Source: Macrostomum lignano
Taxonomy: Eukaryota
DNA length: 64,000 nucleotides
Reading direction: 5' to 3'
Assembly (NCBI GenBank): GCA_002269645.1
Contig: NIVC01000412.1
Coordinates: forward strand, 496,001-560,000
The position numbers were made by a program, and so were the translations under genes. The first letter of the stretch is position 1. Every line of letters begins with the position of its first letter. This document shows positions 24,576 through 37,870 of this stretch, in pieces. The notes beneath the pieces are model-generated. The model ran no database searches and was not told the DNA's origin. It was given only the letters and a program-made list of their open reading frames with translations.

Positions 24576-27500
24576 CTATCGCTTCGAATTGCTCTGCTGT
24601 TTCTCCGCCTCATCCAGGTGCTCCTCGTCGACTTCCTTCACTGATTCGGCCTCTTTAGCTGCGCTTAGCTCGCAATAGTGATCCCGATTCTGCTCCAGGG
24701 TGTTGAGAATGTGCTCTGCGTCCGGGTGGACTAGCTCAGTCCACGCCTCCCATAGTGGATGCACGATGAAATCGATGAATGACACCTGCGGGGGGTGGCA
24801 ACCGGAGGGAGTGATGCTCGATACAGATGAGCACATTGGGGTGCAGACAGAGGAGTGAGGTTGGAGTGAGGAGTGAGTACACTGGGGCAGAGACGAATGA
24901 GGGAGGTGGAGGCTGAGTTCATTGAGGTAGAGGCTGACGAGAGAGGTGGACGCTGAGTACATTGGGGTAGAGGCTGACGAGAGAGGTGGACGCTGAGTAC
25001 ATTGAGGTAGAGGCTGACGAGAGAGGTGGACGCTGAGTACATTGAGGTAGAGGCTGACGAGAGAGGTGGACGCTGAGTACATTGAGGTAGAGGCTGACGA
25101 GAGAGGTGGACGCTGAGTACATTGAGGTAGAGGCTGACGAGAGAGGTGGACGCTGAGTACATTGAGGTAGAGGCTGACGAGAGAGGTGGACGCTGAGTAC
25201 ATTGAGGTAGAGGCTGACGAGAGAGGTGGACGCTGAGTACATTGAGGTAGAGGCTGACGAGAGAGGTGGACGCTAAGTACATTGGGGTAGAGGCTGACGA
25301 GAGAGGTGGACGCTGAGTACATTGGGGTAGAGGCTGACGAGAGAGGTGGACGCTGAGTACATTGGGGTAGAGGCTGACGAGAGAGGTGGACGCTGAGTAC
25401 ATTGGGGTAGAGGCTGACGAGAGAGGTGGACGCTGAGTACATTGAGGTAGAGGCTGACAAGAGAGGTGGACGCTAAGTACATTGGGGTAGAGGCTGACGA
25501 GAGAGGTGGACGCTGAGTACATTGAGGTAGAGGCTGACGAGAGAGGTGGACGCTGAGTACATTGGGGTAGGGAGTGAGAGGAGTGAAGTGGATGCTACGA
25601 AGTAGCTGCATTACGGTAGAGACTTGTCCGAGAAACGCAATTAGGAAGTCAAAACAACAAACCTGCGACTTCTCAACATTGGCAGTCTCCCGGCAGCACA
25701 TGGGGCTGACTGGCAGGCCCAGAGCTTTCTCCCGGTCGCCCTGGTTGAAGAACTCCTCCATGACTCGGGTCACCCAATGGGTGGAAAGGGGCAGCGGTTT
25801 GGCCGGGTTGCTCAGGTCGGCGCAGTGCACCATGTTCTGCATGATCTGCATCTTCTCGCTGTAGTTGTCCAGCTTCAGCAGGCAGCCTCCGGATACTTTC
25901 TTTGTCTCTACCATGGTCTTGAGGTCCGCTAAAAGCGACATGTGCTTGCTCATGTCAGTCGCCAGAACCATGTCGATGACCATCTTACGCAGCTGTCGAC
26001 GCTGTATATCGTCAAAACTAGCGAACAAGTTGCTGGACGGCTCTTGCAGCAGTTTGAAGGCAACGGCGCAATGATGATTCTCCAGCACGCTCATGTCGTT
26101 GTACATGATGGCTAGCTCGCTTTCTACATTCATCGGAATCAGATTTGGGTAGGTAACAAAGTAAATTGCTATAGAGTCGGAGTGAGGTGGTCAGGAAAGT
26201 ACATTGCATGTACTATAGAATCTCAGAGTGAGGTTGTTTGGGAAAGTGCATTGCTATAGGATCGGAGTGAGGTGGTCAGGAAAATACATTGCTATAGAAT
26301 CGGAGTGAGGTGGTCAGGAAAATACATTGCTATAGAATCGGAGTGAGGTGGTTAGGAAAGTACATTGCTATAGAATCGGAGTGAGGTGGTCAGGAAAGTA
26401 CATTGCTATTGAATCGGAGTGAGGTGTTTGGAAAAGTACATTGCTATAGAATCGGATCGGAGTGATGTGGTCAGGAAAGTACATTGCTATTTAGAATCGG
26501 AGTGAGGTGGTCGAGAAAGTGCATTGCCATAAAATCGGGATGAGGCCAGTCTTGGCATCCCGTGTACCCACCAGTATTGATCAGGAACTGGTTGGTCACC
26601 CCAGGATGATTGACGTCGTGAATGGCGCAGGCAAAAATGCTGGCTAGAATTTCCAATTCGGTGAACACGTTGGCGATAGAGGGCGCATTCAGCAGCACGT
26701 GGGTGCTCTGGGTGACATCGGCGGCGTGAATGGCATTGTGGTAGGGGTTCTCCTGCTTGTAGTGCTGCTCCACTTGGCTAAAGTAATTCACCAGCACTGC
26801 TGGATGAATGTGAAACTTATTGAAGAAATCACGTTTCTGAAAATTTCAGCCAAGTCGTGCGTTTGCTGGTTTTGAGTGAAAATTTTTGTGCTACTTTTAT
26901 CCACAGATACTGGAATAACTAAATGTAGAGCGTCTACTCTTTTTCAGCAGCTTGTCTGCGCAGTGTCACTTAAATTTGTTGTTCCAGCTAAAAAAATTTC
27001 CTTCCTTCCTTGGCGTTTGCGGCCTCAGGAGCATAATTTTTTTAGGAATTAACAACAGAATTTATTTTGATGTACACAAGTGAAGGCAAGACGGACGCAA
27101 CCTCAGCCTAGGGGGCAGGCCCAATCTATAGCTCACCCAATCAGAGAGCAGTAAGGAAAGAGGTCAAAGTCAGACGGACGAAACCTCAGCCTAGGGGGCA
27201 GGCCCAATCTATAGCTCACCCAATCAGAGAGCAGTAAGGAAAGAGGTCAAAGTCAGACGGACGAAACCTCAGCCTAGGGGGCAGGCCCAATCTATAGCTC
27301 ACCCAATCAGAGAGCAGTAAGGAAAGAGGTCAAAGTCAGACGGACGAAACCTCAGCCTAGTGGGCAGGCCTAATCTATAGCTCACCCAATGAGAAAGCAG
27401 TAAGGAAAGAGGTCAAAGTCAGACGGACGAAACCTCAGCCTAGTGGGCAGGCCTAATCTATAGCTCAGCCAATGAGAGAGCAGTAAGGAGAGAGATAAAA

Positions 27501-29134
27501 GTCAACCACAAGCGGGATAGAGGAAAGGCTAATTGTTTATCGGCCTGGCTGGGGGCTGGGGCACCACCCCTTCTTTCTCTCTTGCTCGCTATGCACACGC
27601 ACTGGATTTGGGTACAGCTTCAAACAGGATGAAGATACTAATTTGATGGGTCTGCTTGTAGAAAGCCAGGGACGATTGTTAAGTAATATGTAATGATTTT
27701 TTATTTTATGATTTTAAAAGCAAAAGCGCTACTTTTGCTACTGCATGAGAAAAGAGTAGATAAGCGCAGATAAGCGTATCTCCTATTCTATACTGACTTG
27801 TGAGAAAGTATGCGCTTTTCCGAGATTCATTTACAAGTTTCTCAAGCAAGTTCTGATTTGTAGTCAAGCAAACTTCAGACAAAAATTCGGTTGCTCCTAT
27901 TCCTTTTAGTTAGGGTTAATCTTTTCAGACGGACTTTTCTAGTTGGATTAAAACTAAGCGTAAAATACGTTTAGAGAACACAACTGTACTTTTAGCTTTG
28001 AGCCGTTCTTCAACAATTTTTTTGTCAAACTTTTTTCCTGGACGAACTTGTGAGTTACACCTCGGGCAAGACGCACACTTGCTACGTTTGAAAAATATTG
28101 AAAAACATTGAAAGCTTTTCACCTCGCAAATTCAGAATTTTAGTAACTTTAATTATCCATAGAAAGTACTTTGTGCTCTTTACCTCAAAAATCGCGTACA
28201 CAACGGCGCTCAGCGGCTTGTGACAGGCCAGCTCGTCCACTAGGAAAATGTCGACGCCCCACTGGTCCAGGCCGGAGTCGAACAGGTCGCTCAGCTCGGC
28301 CAGTCGCGGCGTCTCGACGCCAAATTTTGGCGGCAGCGGCCAGCGGCTGGCCTCGGCTAGGGACAGCGACTCGGCGGCTGATGCGGCCGCGGCCGCGGCG
28401 GCGGCAGCTGCAGCTGCGGCGTCGGCTGCGGAGACTTCCACTCGAGTCATCGTTGATTGAGCACACTTGGCCGCCGCCGCGGCTGCCGAGCCAGTTTGAG
28501 TTGTTGTCGACGAATTCGTTTCGTTCTCGTCTACGTCTGCGGATTGATTGATTGATTGTTTGATTGTTTGTGTGATCTATTGTTTGGTTAATTGATTGTT
28601 TGGTTAATTGATTGTTTGGTTAATTGATTGTTTGGTTAATTGATTGTTTGGTTAATTGATTGTTTGGTTAATTGATTGTTTGGTTAATTGATTGTTTGGT
28701 TAATTGATTGTTTGGTTAATTGATTGTTTGGTTAATTGATTGTTTGGTTAATTGATTGTTTGGTTAATTGATTGTTTGGTTAATTGATTGTTTGGTTAAT
28801 TGATTGTTTGGTTGATTGATTGATTGATTGTTTGATTGATTGTTTCATTTGTTTGGTTGATTGATTGTTTGGTTGATTGATTATTTGATCGATTGTTTGA
28901 TTGATTGATTGATTGTTTGATTGATTGATTGATTGTTTGATTGTTTGATTGATTGTTTCATTTGTTTGGTTGATTGATTGTTTGGTTGATTGATTATTTG
29001 ATCGATTGTTTGATTGATTGATTGATTTTTTGATTGTTTGGTTAATTGATTGTTTGATTGATTGATTGTTTGATTGTTTGATTAATTGAGTGACTGATTG
29101 ATTGATGATTTGATCGATTGTTTGATTGTTTCAT

Positions 29135-29202
<68 letters not shown>

Positions 29203-29206
29203 TCAT

Positions 29207-29274
<68 letters not shown>

Positions 29275-29691
29275 TGATTAATTGAGTGACTGATTGATTA
29301 ATTATTTGATCGATTGTTTGATTGTTTAATCGATTGTTTGATCGATTGATTGTTTGATTGTTTGATTAATTGATTGTTTGATTGTTTGTTTGATTGATTG
29401 TTTGGTTGATTGATTGTTTGGTTGATTGATTGTTTGGTTGATTGATTGTTTGGTTGATTGATTGTTTGGTTGATTGATTGTTTGGTTGATTGATTGTTTG
29501 GTTGATTGATTGATTGTTTAATCGATTGATTGTTTGATTGTTTGATTGATTGATTGTTTGATTGTTTGTTTGATTGATTGTTTGGTTGATTGATTGTTTG
29601 GTTGATTGATTGTTTGCTTGATTGGTTGATTGATTGATTGTTTAATCAATTGTTTGATTGTTTAATTGTTTGGTCAATTGATTGTTTGATC

Positions 29692-29726
<35 letters not shown>

Positions 29727-32700
29727 CGATTGTTTGGTTTTTTGATTGATTGATTGATTGACTGGCCGTTTGTTTGTTTGCTAGATGTTTTTATTGGATT
29801 ATGGTCGATATATTAATGGATTAGCAAGTTGTTGTATTTTTTCAAACGCACCAAAGAACGTAGACTTGATGTAGTTCTCAATCTGGTGCGCTTGAGACCG
29901 ACCGCCACTCATCCGCTCGAGCTCCATGTTGAGCAGCCGTTTGAACTGCAAATTTGCCCGGTTGAGTGACACAAATTTAAAAGCTTATGCACTGGGAATG
30001 CCATAAAGCTTCGAGGAAAACAGCGGCGCAATAAATCCGCATTCCCACCAACCTTGCTAGATGCCATGTCTGCCACAGATCTGTGAGTCTGTATCGTCTC
30101 CAACTGCTCCAGGCACCATTCCAAGTCTCTCAACGTCTTACTAGCCAGCTGGGTGAAATCTTCGTCATCTGCAAAGTTAACAGAACGAATGGACAAGGTA
30201 CTGGAATGTACTTTAACAGATGGCGAACGCACCGCTGTGAGGTCTCGAAGCCGCTACAGATGCCGTCATCCTGGAGGCGCTGCCGGGCCTGCAAAGAAGA
30301 CGGGAGGTAAAAGGACCGAGGTGAAGCGGGCAAAAAACTGGGATATCTGCTGCTGGCGGGAGGCACCTCATTAGCGAACTTGCGGAGGCCTATCTCTGAC
30401 AGCCGCGTCAGAGCTTCCGCTGACCCCACCCCCCCCCCACGCTTCACTGTTCGTGACAGTCTTTGAGAAAAAAAACTGGTCCTTTAATCCTCAGCATTTG
30501 CGTGGCTGTTGTCTCTCTATTTTCATTGCCCCGAGTCGCTGGCACATGAAATGCTGCCGGCTCAAAAAAGCGCCTGCAACCATTGCTGCTTTGGCGGCTG
30601 CTGTTGCTAACTCTCTGCTCTATCGGTCGGTTCGATCCGAATGATTTGAAAGGCCGCCTGCCAGCTACATGTGACAGACTGGATTTTCATTTGGGAATGA
30701 CTGCGACACGTTGGCTATTGAGTATGGAGGGAGAGCGACGGATATTGATAGAGAGAGACAGAGAGTGACAGAGAATGACAGAGAGTGACGGAGAGTGACA
30801 GAGATGAACAGATAGGAACAGAGACTGAAAGAGAGCGATGGAGAATGACAGAAAGTGACAGAAAGTGACAGAAAGTGACAGAGAGTGACAGAGAGTGACA
30901 GAGAGTGACAGAGTGACGGAGAGTGACAAAGAGTGACATAGAGTGACAGAAAGTGAAGGAGTGACGGAAAGTGACGGAGAGTGACAAAGAGTGACAGAGA
31001 GTGACAGAGAGTGACGAAGAGTGACGGAAAGTGACAGAGAGTGACAGAGAGTGACAGAGAGTGACAGAGAGTGACAGAGAGTGACAGAGTGACGGAGAGT
31101 GACAAAGAGTGACATAGAGTGACAGAAAGTGAAGGAGTGACAGAAAATGACGGAGAGTGACAAAGAGTGACAGAGAGTGACAGAGAGTGACAGAGAGTGA
31201 CAGAGAGTGACAGAGAGTGACAGAGATGAACAGATAGGAACAGAGAGTGATAGAAAGCGATTGAGAATGACAGAAAGGGACAGAGAGCGACAGAGAGTGG
31301 CAAATATTGACAAAGAGTGACAGAGAGTGACACAGGGTGACAGAGAGTGACAGAGAGTGCCAGAGAGTTACAGAGAGTGACAGAGAGTGACAGAGAGTGA
31401 CAGAGTAACACAGGGTGACAGAGAGTGACATAGAGTGACAGAGAGTGACAGAGAGTGACAGAGTGACAGAGAGTGACAGAGAGTGACAGAGTGACAGAGA
31501 GTGACAGAGAGTGACAGAGAGTGACAGAGAGTGACAGAGTTGACGTGGATCAAAACTGAAAACACCATGAGAGAATGCAATTAAAAAGACTAATCAAATC
31601 AGAGACAAGCAAAAGAGTGTCAGAGATAAAATAATTAGTTCAGCGAGTCAACAAATTTGATTCAGCCGCCCGCTTTCTAACAACAGCAGTCTGGTTGCAA
31701 TAATAGCCCAGACATTCGAGTTGGAAAATTCACTTAATAAATTTTCCCAAATTTGGAAGTTAGTAATCGAGGGCGTGCTTTTTTAGGAATTAGCTCTTAC
31801 ATGCGGGACGCGTAGAGAGACTCCCTAGCGACAGGTTGTAAGGCAGGTCCCTAATTATACCAGGCTCACGGGAAATCCAGCTTCATCTAGCTCCACCCAC
31901 TAACTTTTTCCAAGAGACAGATTACTTTGCCAAGCGTGATATTAAGCTGGACATCTGGACAGGAAGTTGAATTTTAAAAACTCGAAAGGCCTCACAGGTA
32001 ATGAGAAAAACATTTTCAGAGTTGCGACGTTTCATTTTAAGGGGGCGCCAACGCTGCTGCAAAGGGAGCGCCAAAGCTACTGCTGTGGGGAGCGCCAAAG
32101 CTACTGCTGTGGGGGGCGCCAAAGTTACTGCAAAGGGGGCGCCAAAGCTACTGCTGTGGGGGCGCCAAAGCTACTGCAAAGGGAGCGCCAAAGCTACTGC
32201 TGTGGGGAGCGCCAAAGCTACTGCTGTGGGGGGCGCCAAAGTTACTGCAAAGGGGGCGCCAAAGCTACTGCTGTGGGGGCGCCAAAGCTACTGCAAAGGG
32301 GGCGCCAAAGCTACTGCATGCTGTGGGGGCGCCAAAGCTACTGCATGCTGTGGGGGCGCCAAAGCTACTGCATGCTGTGGGGAGCGCCAAAGCTACTGCT
32401 GTGGGGAGCGCCAAAGCTACTGCTGTGGGGGGCACCAAAGCTACTGCTGTGGGGGGCGCCAAAGCTACTGCAAAGGGGGCGCCAAAGCTACTGCTGTGGG
32501 GGCGCCAAAGCTACTGCAAAGGGGGCGCCAAAGCTACTGCATGCTGTGGGGGCGCCAAAGCTACTGCATGCTGTGGGGGTGCCAAAGCTACTGCTGTGGG
32601 GGGCGCCAAAGCTACTGCTGTGGGGGGCGCCAAAGCTACTGCAAAACAGCCGCCAAAACTACTGCAAAACAGCCGCCAAAACTACTGCAAAACAGGCGCC

Positions 32701-35700
32701 AAAGCTACTGCAAAACAGGCGCCAAAGCTACTGCAAACGTGGCGCCAAAACTACTGCAAAAGGGCGCCAAAGTACTGCAAAACAGCCGCCAAAACTACTG
32801 CAAAACAGGCGCCAAAGCTACTACTGTGGGGGCGCCAAAGCTACTGCAACCCGGCGCCAAAGCAAAAGAACTCAGGCAGACTCACGCAGCAGGTGTCGCA
32901 GCCTCTCTGTGGTTCGGGCCGCCAAGATTGTCAGCGCCAGTCAAAGTTTTCACTCCATCGTACACGGAGCGCAGCGTGTGCAGCACCTGGGCGAAGGGAG
33001 TCACGATGACCTCGTCTGAGTGCCTGAAAAGTGGCGGTGAGTCGAGTCTGGTGGTCAAAGCTGATGATGGCTTGAACAGTTGGTTGTTTGATTTTTGTTG
33101 CCAATGGAGCTGCAGATCCGGTAGAGAGTTTTCCAATTCATCTGAAACTGATCGGAAGTCCCTGCTGCAGACTCCGAGGGACTGCTGCTGCTGCTGCTGC
33201 TGACTCGACTGTTGCCCCCTAAAGATTCTGAGGTTCCTTAAAATCCTAGAAATCGAGTTACCGCAGCCTTTCTCTTCATTGTCCTCAAAGTTGGCGGCTA
33301 ATTGCGCTCGAGGCATTAAGAGAGGCAACGTAAAATCTTTTAGCATTGCCCTATAGTCTTCATGCAATTAGAATCAATTTTAACTGACAATTTTTGCCTG
33401 CTTTTATCATATAAAAGAGGAGGGTAGTAAGGTAAGGTCAGGCTGTCATTGGTCTGCGCTTTAGGAAGTCGAAAGCAGGCAGACAGCCTTCCCTGCCTTT
33501 AATGCTCTTCAGAGGGGGAGAGAGAAGGGAAAGGGGAGAGAATGGAGAAAGGGGAAATATGGGGAGAGAAGAGAGAGGGAGAAAGGGAGAGAGGGGAGAA
33601 GGGAGAGAGGGGAAAGGGAGAGAGAGGAAGAAGGGAGAGAGAGGGAGAAGGGAGAGAGAGGGAGAAGGGAAAGAGAGAGGGAAAAGGGAGAGAGAGGGAG
33701 AAGGGAGAGAGAGGGAGAAGGGAGAGAGGGAGAAGGGAGAGAGAGGGAGAAGGGAGAGAGGGAGAAAGGGAGAGAGGGGAGAAGGGAGAGAGGGGAAAGG
33801 GAGAGAGAGGAAGAAGGGAGAGAGAGGGAGAAGGGAGAGAGAGGGAGAAGGGAGAGAGAGGGAGAAGGGAGAGAGAGGGAGAAAGGAGAGAGGGGAAAGG
33901 GAGAGAGAGGGAGAAGGGAGAGAGGGGAAAAGGGAGAGAGGGAGAAGGGAGAGAGGGAGAAGGGAGAGAGAGGGAGAAAGGAGAGAGGGGAGAAGGGAGA
34001 GAGGGGAAAGGGAGAGAGAGGAAGAAGGGAGAGAGAGGGAGAAGGGAGAGAGAGGGAGAAGGGAGAGAGAGGGAGAAGGGAGAGAGAGGGAGAAAGGAGA
34101 GAGGAGAAAAGGGAGAGAGAGGGAGAAGGGAGAGAGGGGAAAAGGGAGAGAGGGAGAAGGGAGAGAGGGAGAAGGGAGAGAGAGGGAGAAGGGAGAGAGA
34201 GGAAGAAGAGAGAGGGAGAAGGGAGAGAGAGAGGAAGAAGGGGGAGAGAGGGAGAAGGGAGAGAGAGAAGGGAGAAGGGAGAGAGAGGGAAAGGGAGAGA
34301 GGGAGAAGGGAGAGAGAGGGAGAAGGGAGAGAGAGGGAGAAGGGAGAGAGAGGGAGAAGGGAGAGAGAGAAAAGGGAGAGAGAGGGAGAAGGGAGAGAGG
34401 GAGGAGGAAGAGAGGGAGAAGGGAGAGAGGGAGAAGGGAGAGAGAGGGAGAAGGGAGAGAGGGAGAAGGGAGAGAGGGAGAAGGGAGAGAGGGAGAAGGG
34501 AGAGAGGGAGAAGGAAGAGAGGGAGAAGGGAGAGAGAGGGAGAAGGGAGAGAGGGAGAAGGGAGAGAGAGGGAGAAGGGAGAGAGAGAGAAGGGAGAGAG
34601 AGGGAGAAGGGAGAGAGGGAGAAGGGAGAGAGAGGGAGAAGGGAGAGAGAGAGAGAAGGGAGAGAGAGGGAGAAGGGAGAGAGGGAGGAGGAAGAGAGGG
34701 AGAAGGGAGAGAGAGAGAAGGGAGAGAGAGGGAGAAGGGAGAGAGGGAGAAGGAAGAGAGGGAGAAGGGAGAGAGAGGGAGAAGGGAGAGAGAGAAGGGA
34801 GAGAGAGGGAGAAGGGAGAGAGGGAGAAGGGAGAGAGAGGGAAAAGGGAGAGAGAGAGAAGGGAGAGAGAGGGAGAAGGGAGAGAGGGAGGAGGAAGAGA
34901 GGGAGAAGGGAGAGAGAGAGAAGGGAGAGAGAGGGAGAAGGGAGAGAGGGAGAAGGAAGAGAGGGAGAAGGGAGAGAGAGAGGAAGAAGGGAGAGAGAGG
35001 GAGAAGGGAGAGAGAGGGAGAAGGGAGAGAGAGGGAGAAGGGAGAGAGAGGGAGAAGGGAGAGAGGGGAAAGGGAGAGAGGGAGAAGGGAGAGAGAGGGA
35101 GAAGGGAGAGAGAGGGAGAAGGGAGAGAGGGAGAAGGCTGCAAAGAACGTTACCTGGGTCAAGAGGTGTCCCAAACTCAATTGCAGGGCCACCCCAAAGT
35201 CGCGATACAGTTCATGTTTTTACTGCAGCCATAAAAACGACTCTTAGACGCCGGGATTGAGTCCAGAGACGCTTCTGTAGCGACTCAATCGTTGAAACTC
35301 TACCTAGCCTACTGCCGACAGTAGCGAGTTGAATATGCGCAAAGCTTTTAATTTCATTTTAGAGTCGCTAAAAGGTCAAACAATTTCACAAGCTGGCCTT
35401 AAAAGTGTGGTAAATTCATTTAAAACACTTAACAAATTTTATCCGCTAAAAAACGAGTAGCAATCTAGTGCCCCCTTCAGGACGCCGAATAAGCAAGGAG
35501 CAAAATTTATTCAAGCAAATCCATCAAAAAACACATTTTCCTAAAAACCAATTCCATCGTCATTTTTTATAAATCACCTTATTCAAGTAAAATTGTCACG
35601 GACAAAAATGATTGCTATGAATCTCTTTTGTCTAAAAGTAACAAAAAGAAAACAAAATAAAGCCTTCACAAAGATGACAGACATTCTCCCCTAAATAGAA

Positions 35701-36430
35701 AACATTCCCAAGACATCAAGCATCCCCCCAGATAGCAAGCATCCCCCTCCCCCAGATAGCAGGCATTCCCCAGTTACATCTAGCAAGCATCCCTGAGACA
35801 GCAGGCATCCCCCAGACAGCAGGCATCCCCCAGATAGCAGGCATCCCCCAGATAGCAGGCATCCCTCAGACAGCAGGCATCCCCCAGATAGCAGGCATCC
35901 CCCAGACAGCAGGCATCCCCCCAGATAGCAGGCATCCCCCAGATAGCAGGCATCCCCCAGACAGCAGGCATCCCCCAGACAGCAGGCATCCCCCAGATAA
36001 CAAGCATCCCCCAGATAACAAGCATCCCCCAGATAACAAGCATCCCCCAGATAACAAGCATCCCCAAGATAACAAGCATCCCCCAGATAACAAGCATCCC
36101 CCAGATAGCAAGCACCCCCACCAAATAAAATTGTCTTGTACTAAAAATACATTAAAATACTTCAATTTGAACACTCATAAACTGACAGTGGCTTACACGC
36201 AAATGTGCTGAGCGGAATATCTGGTACAGACTAAGAACACAAATTATTTTCAAAAGTTTTCTAATCTCACTCACATGTCGCCAGTGATTGACGAGTGCCG
36301 AGAGTTCTTCGGCGACACGTCAAAGTCGGAGTCTGACCGGTAGATGAAGGACTCGCGACGCTGATGCGGCAGATGCTGGAGGACCAGCCCACCGCCGGAC
36401 TCGGGTCTCTGGGCGGAGTTCTCATCGAAA
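24576..36430 (-). CDS. PDE4: cAMP-specific phosphodiesterase 4 (dunce-like), common exons: 36430-36275, 33023-32886, 30288-30233, 30168-30053, 29945-29852, 28536-28184, 26836-26572, 26123-25663, 24785-24576
   Basis: UCR1 [13 protein letters not shown] and [10 protein letters not shown]; UCR2 [33 protein letters not shown]; catalytic [57 protein letters not shown]. All nine exons are GT-AG and phase-consistent. Confidence 0.97.
24930..25570. repeat. 40-bp minisatellite, ~16 copies, in the last PDE4 intron
   Basis: ATTG(A/G)GGTAG starts at 24961, 25001, 25041, ... Confidence 0.95.
26180..26530. repeat. ~38-bp tandem repeat in PDE4 intron 26571-26124
   Basis: GGAAAGTACATTGCTATAGAATCGGAGTGAGGTGGTCA units. 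Confidence 0.9.
27087..27500. repeat. 83-bp tandem repeat (~5 copies), two CCAAT motifs per unit
   Basis: CAGACGGACG at 27171, 27254, 27337; each unit contains GCCCAATC and ACCCAATCAG (later copies variant). Confidence 0.9.
28542..29760. repeat. Compound (GATT)n / 16-bp TTGATTGTTTGGTTAA satellite filling PDE4 intron 29851-28537
   Basis: Direct inspection; runs to within a few nt of the acceptor. Confidence 0.95.
30745..31540. repeat. 10-bp satellite (GAGAGTGACA)n
   Basis: Direct inspection. Confidence 0.95.
32040..32860. repeat. ~22-bp minisatellite with core GGCGCCAAAGCTACTGC, ending ~25 nt from the donor at 32885
   Basis: Direct inspection. Confidence 0.95.
33024..33367 (-). CDS. PDE4: Possible alternative in-frame 5' extension or first exon of PDE4 (poly-Q), contiguous with exon 33023-32886
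   Basis: ATG at 33367 opens a stop-free frame of ~114 codons running into [12 protein letters not shown]. No transcript evidence. Confidence 0.3.
33510..35135. repeat. ~1.6-kb near-pure polypurine tract (GGGAGAAGGGAGAGA-type units)
   Basis: Essentially only G and A on the plus strand. Confidence 0.97.
35459..36120 (-). mobile_element. Inverted copy of the 18-bp-minisatellite Helitron-like element
   Basis: Reverse complement of the 700-940 tail (...GAAGGGGGCACTAGATTGCTA) plus (AGATAGCAAGCATCCCCC)n at 35715-36120. Confidence 0.75.
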
Positions 36431-36469
36431 CTGGGGAAGGGGATGAAAGTTTAGCGATTTTATTGGCAC

Positions 36470-37090
36470 ATCCTATGACCAGATTTTATGATCAGAAGCC
36501 ATCATCTGATTCAGCGAATAGATGGTACATGTATGAGTATGACCAGCTTCTACACGATATGACCAGATGGTATGACCAAATTCTGTGACCAGATTCTATG
36601 CCTAGATTCTATAATTACTATGATCAGATACCATGACCAGATTCTATGACCAGATGCTGTGATCAGATTCTTTTACCCGATTCTATGATTAGATCATATG
36701 ACCAGATGCCAATAACCAGATTCAACGACCAGATTCTATTATTAGATCGTATGACCAGATTCTAAGACTTAATTGTATGATTAGATTCTATGACCCGATG
36801 CCATGACCAGATGCTATGATTAGATTCTTTTACCAGATTATATGATTAGATTTTATGACCAGATTCTTGATTAAATCATGTGACCAGATTATCTGATTAT
36901 AGATTCTATGAACAGATGCCAAGACCAGATACCATGATTTTACCAGATTTTATGATTAGATCATATGACCAGATTCTAAGACCCGATTGTATGACTAGAT
37001 TCTGACCGCATGCCAGAATTAACCAGATTATGCTACTACTCGTAGATGTTATGACCATTATGACCAGACTTTATGATCAGATTAAATCAC
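36470..37090. repeat. Degenerate ~13-bp repeat (ATGACCAGATTCT)n
   Basis: Direct inspection. Confidence 0.85.
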
Positions 37091-37489
37091 CAAAAGAAGT
37101 AAGCATGTGTTGCTTATGAAGGTGATAGTGACCAGAAATACAATACAAAATACTATTAATATAAGCTTGCATTATTTAACTTAATAATCTTGAAGCTCAT
37201 ACTATAGCTATGAGAAATAAAAAGGCATTCAAGGCCTCCTTCTTCTGCTCCTTCAGGTGAGCAATTATTTTCCATGTTTGAAATATAATTCCATAACCGC
37301 CAAGACGTAAAAGGTGGAGAAGAAACAGCTTCTTGCTGCAGCAAGGGGACGACAGGTCAGCCCTGACGTTGCTCTGAGACGCCTCAGCTGCACTCAGAAA
37401 TTCATGCTGGCACTCTTTCTTAAATTAAAAACCCGAAGGTCAGATTTTCCAGTTCGTAAAAAACTAACCCTAGCTTACTTCCAAGCTTA

Positions 37490-37870
37490 AACACCCTCTC
37501 TACCCTCTCTCAATGTAGACTCCAGACTATCAGAACCTGTCTCTGTCCCCCTCAATGTACACTCAAGACTATCAAAGCTTCTCTCTATCCCCCTCAATGT
37601 ACACTCAAGACTATCAGAAACTCTCTCTATCCCCCTCAATGTACACTCGTGACTATCAGAACCTTTCTCTATCCCCTTCAATGTACACTCGAGACTATCA
37701 GAACCTCTCTCTATCCCCCTCAATGTACACTCGAGACTATCAGAACCTTTCTCTATCCCCTTCAATGTACACTCGAGACTATCAGAACCTCTCTCTATCC
37801 CCCTCAATGTACACTCGAGACATCTTATAAAATCAGACCCTCTCTCTCCCCTCAATGTACACTCGAGATT
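37490..37870. repeat. 42-bp tandem repeat, ~8 copies
   Basis: 14-aa periodicity (LECTLRGIERGSDS) in the ORF track. Confidence 0.9.

Noticed and set aside
24920-27500. CRISPR-like look of the 37-83-bp repeats
   Set aside because: Units are directly adjacent with no unique spacers, there are no cas genes, and the context is eukaryotic introns.
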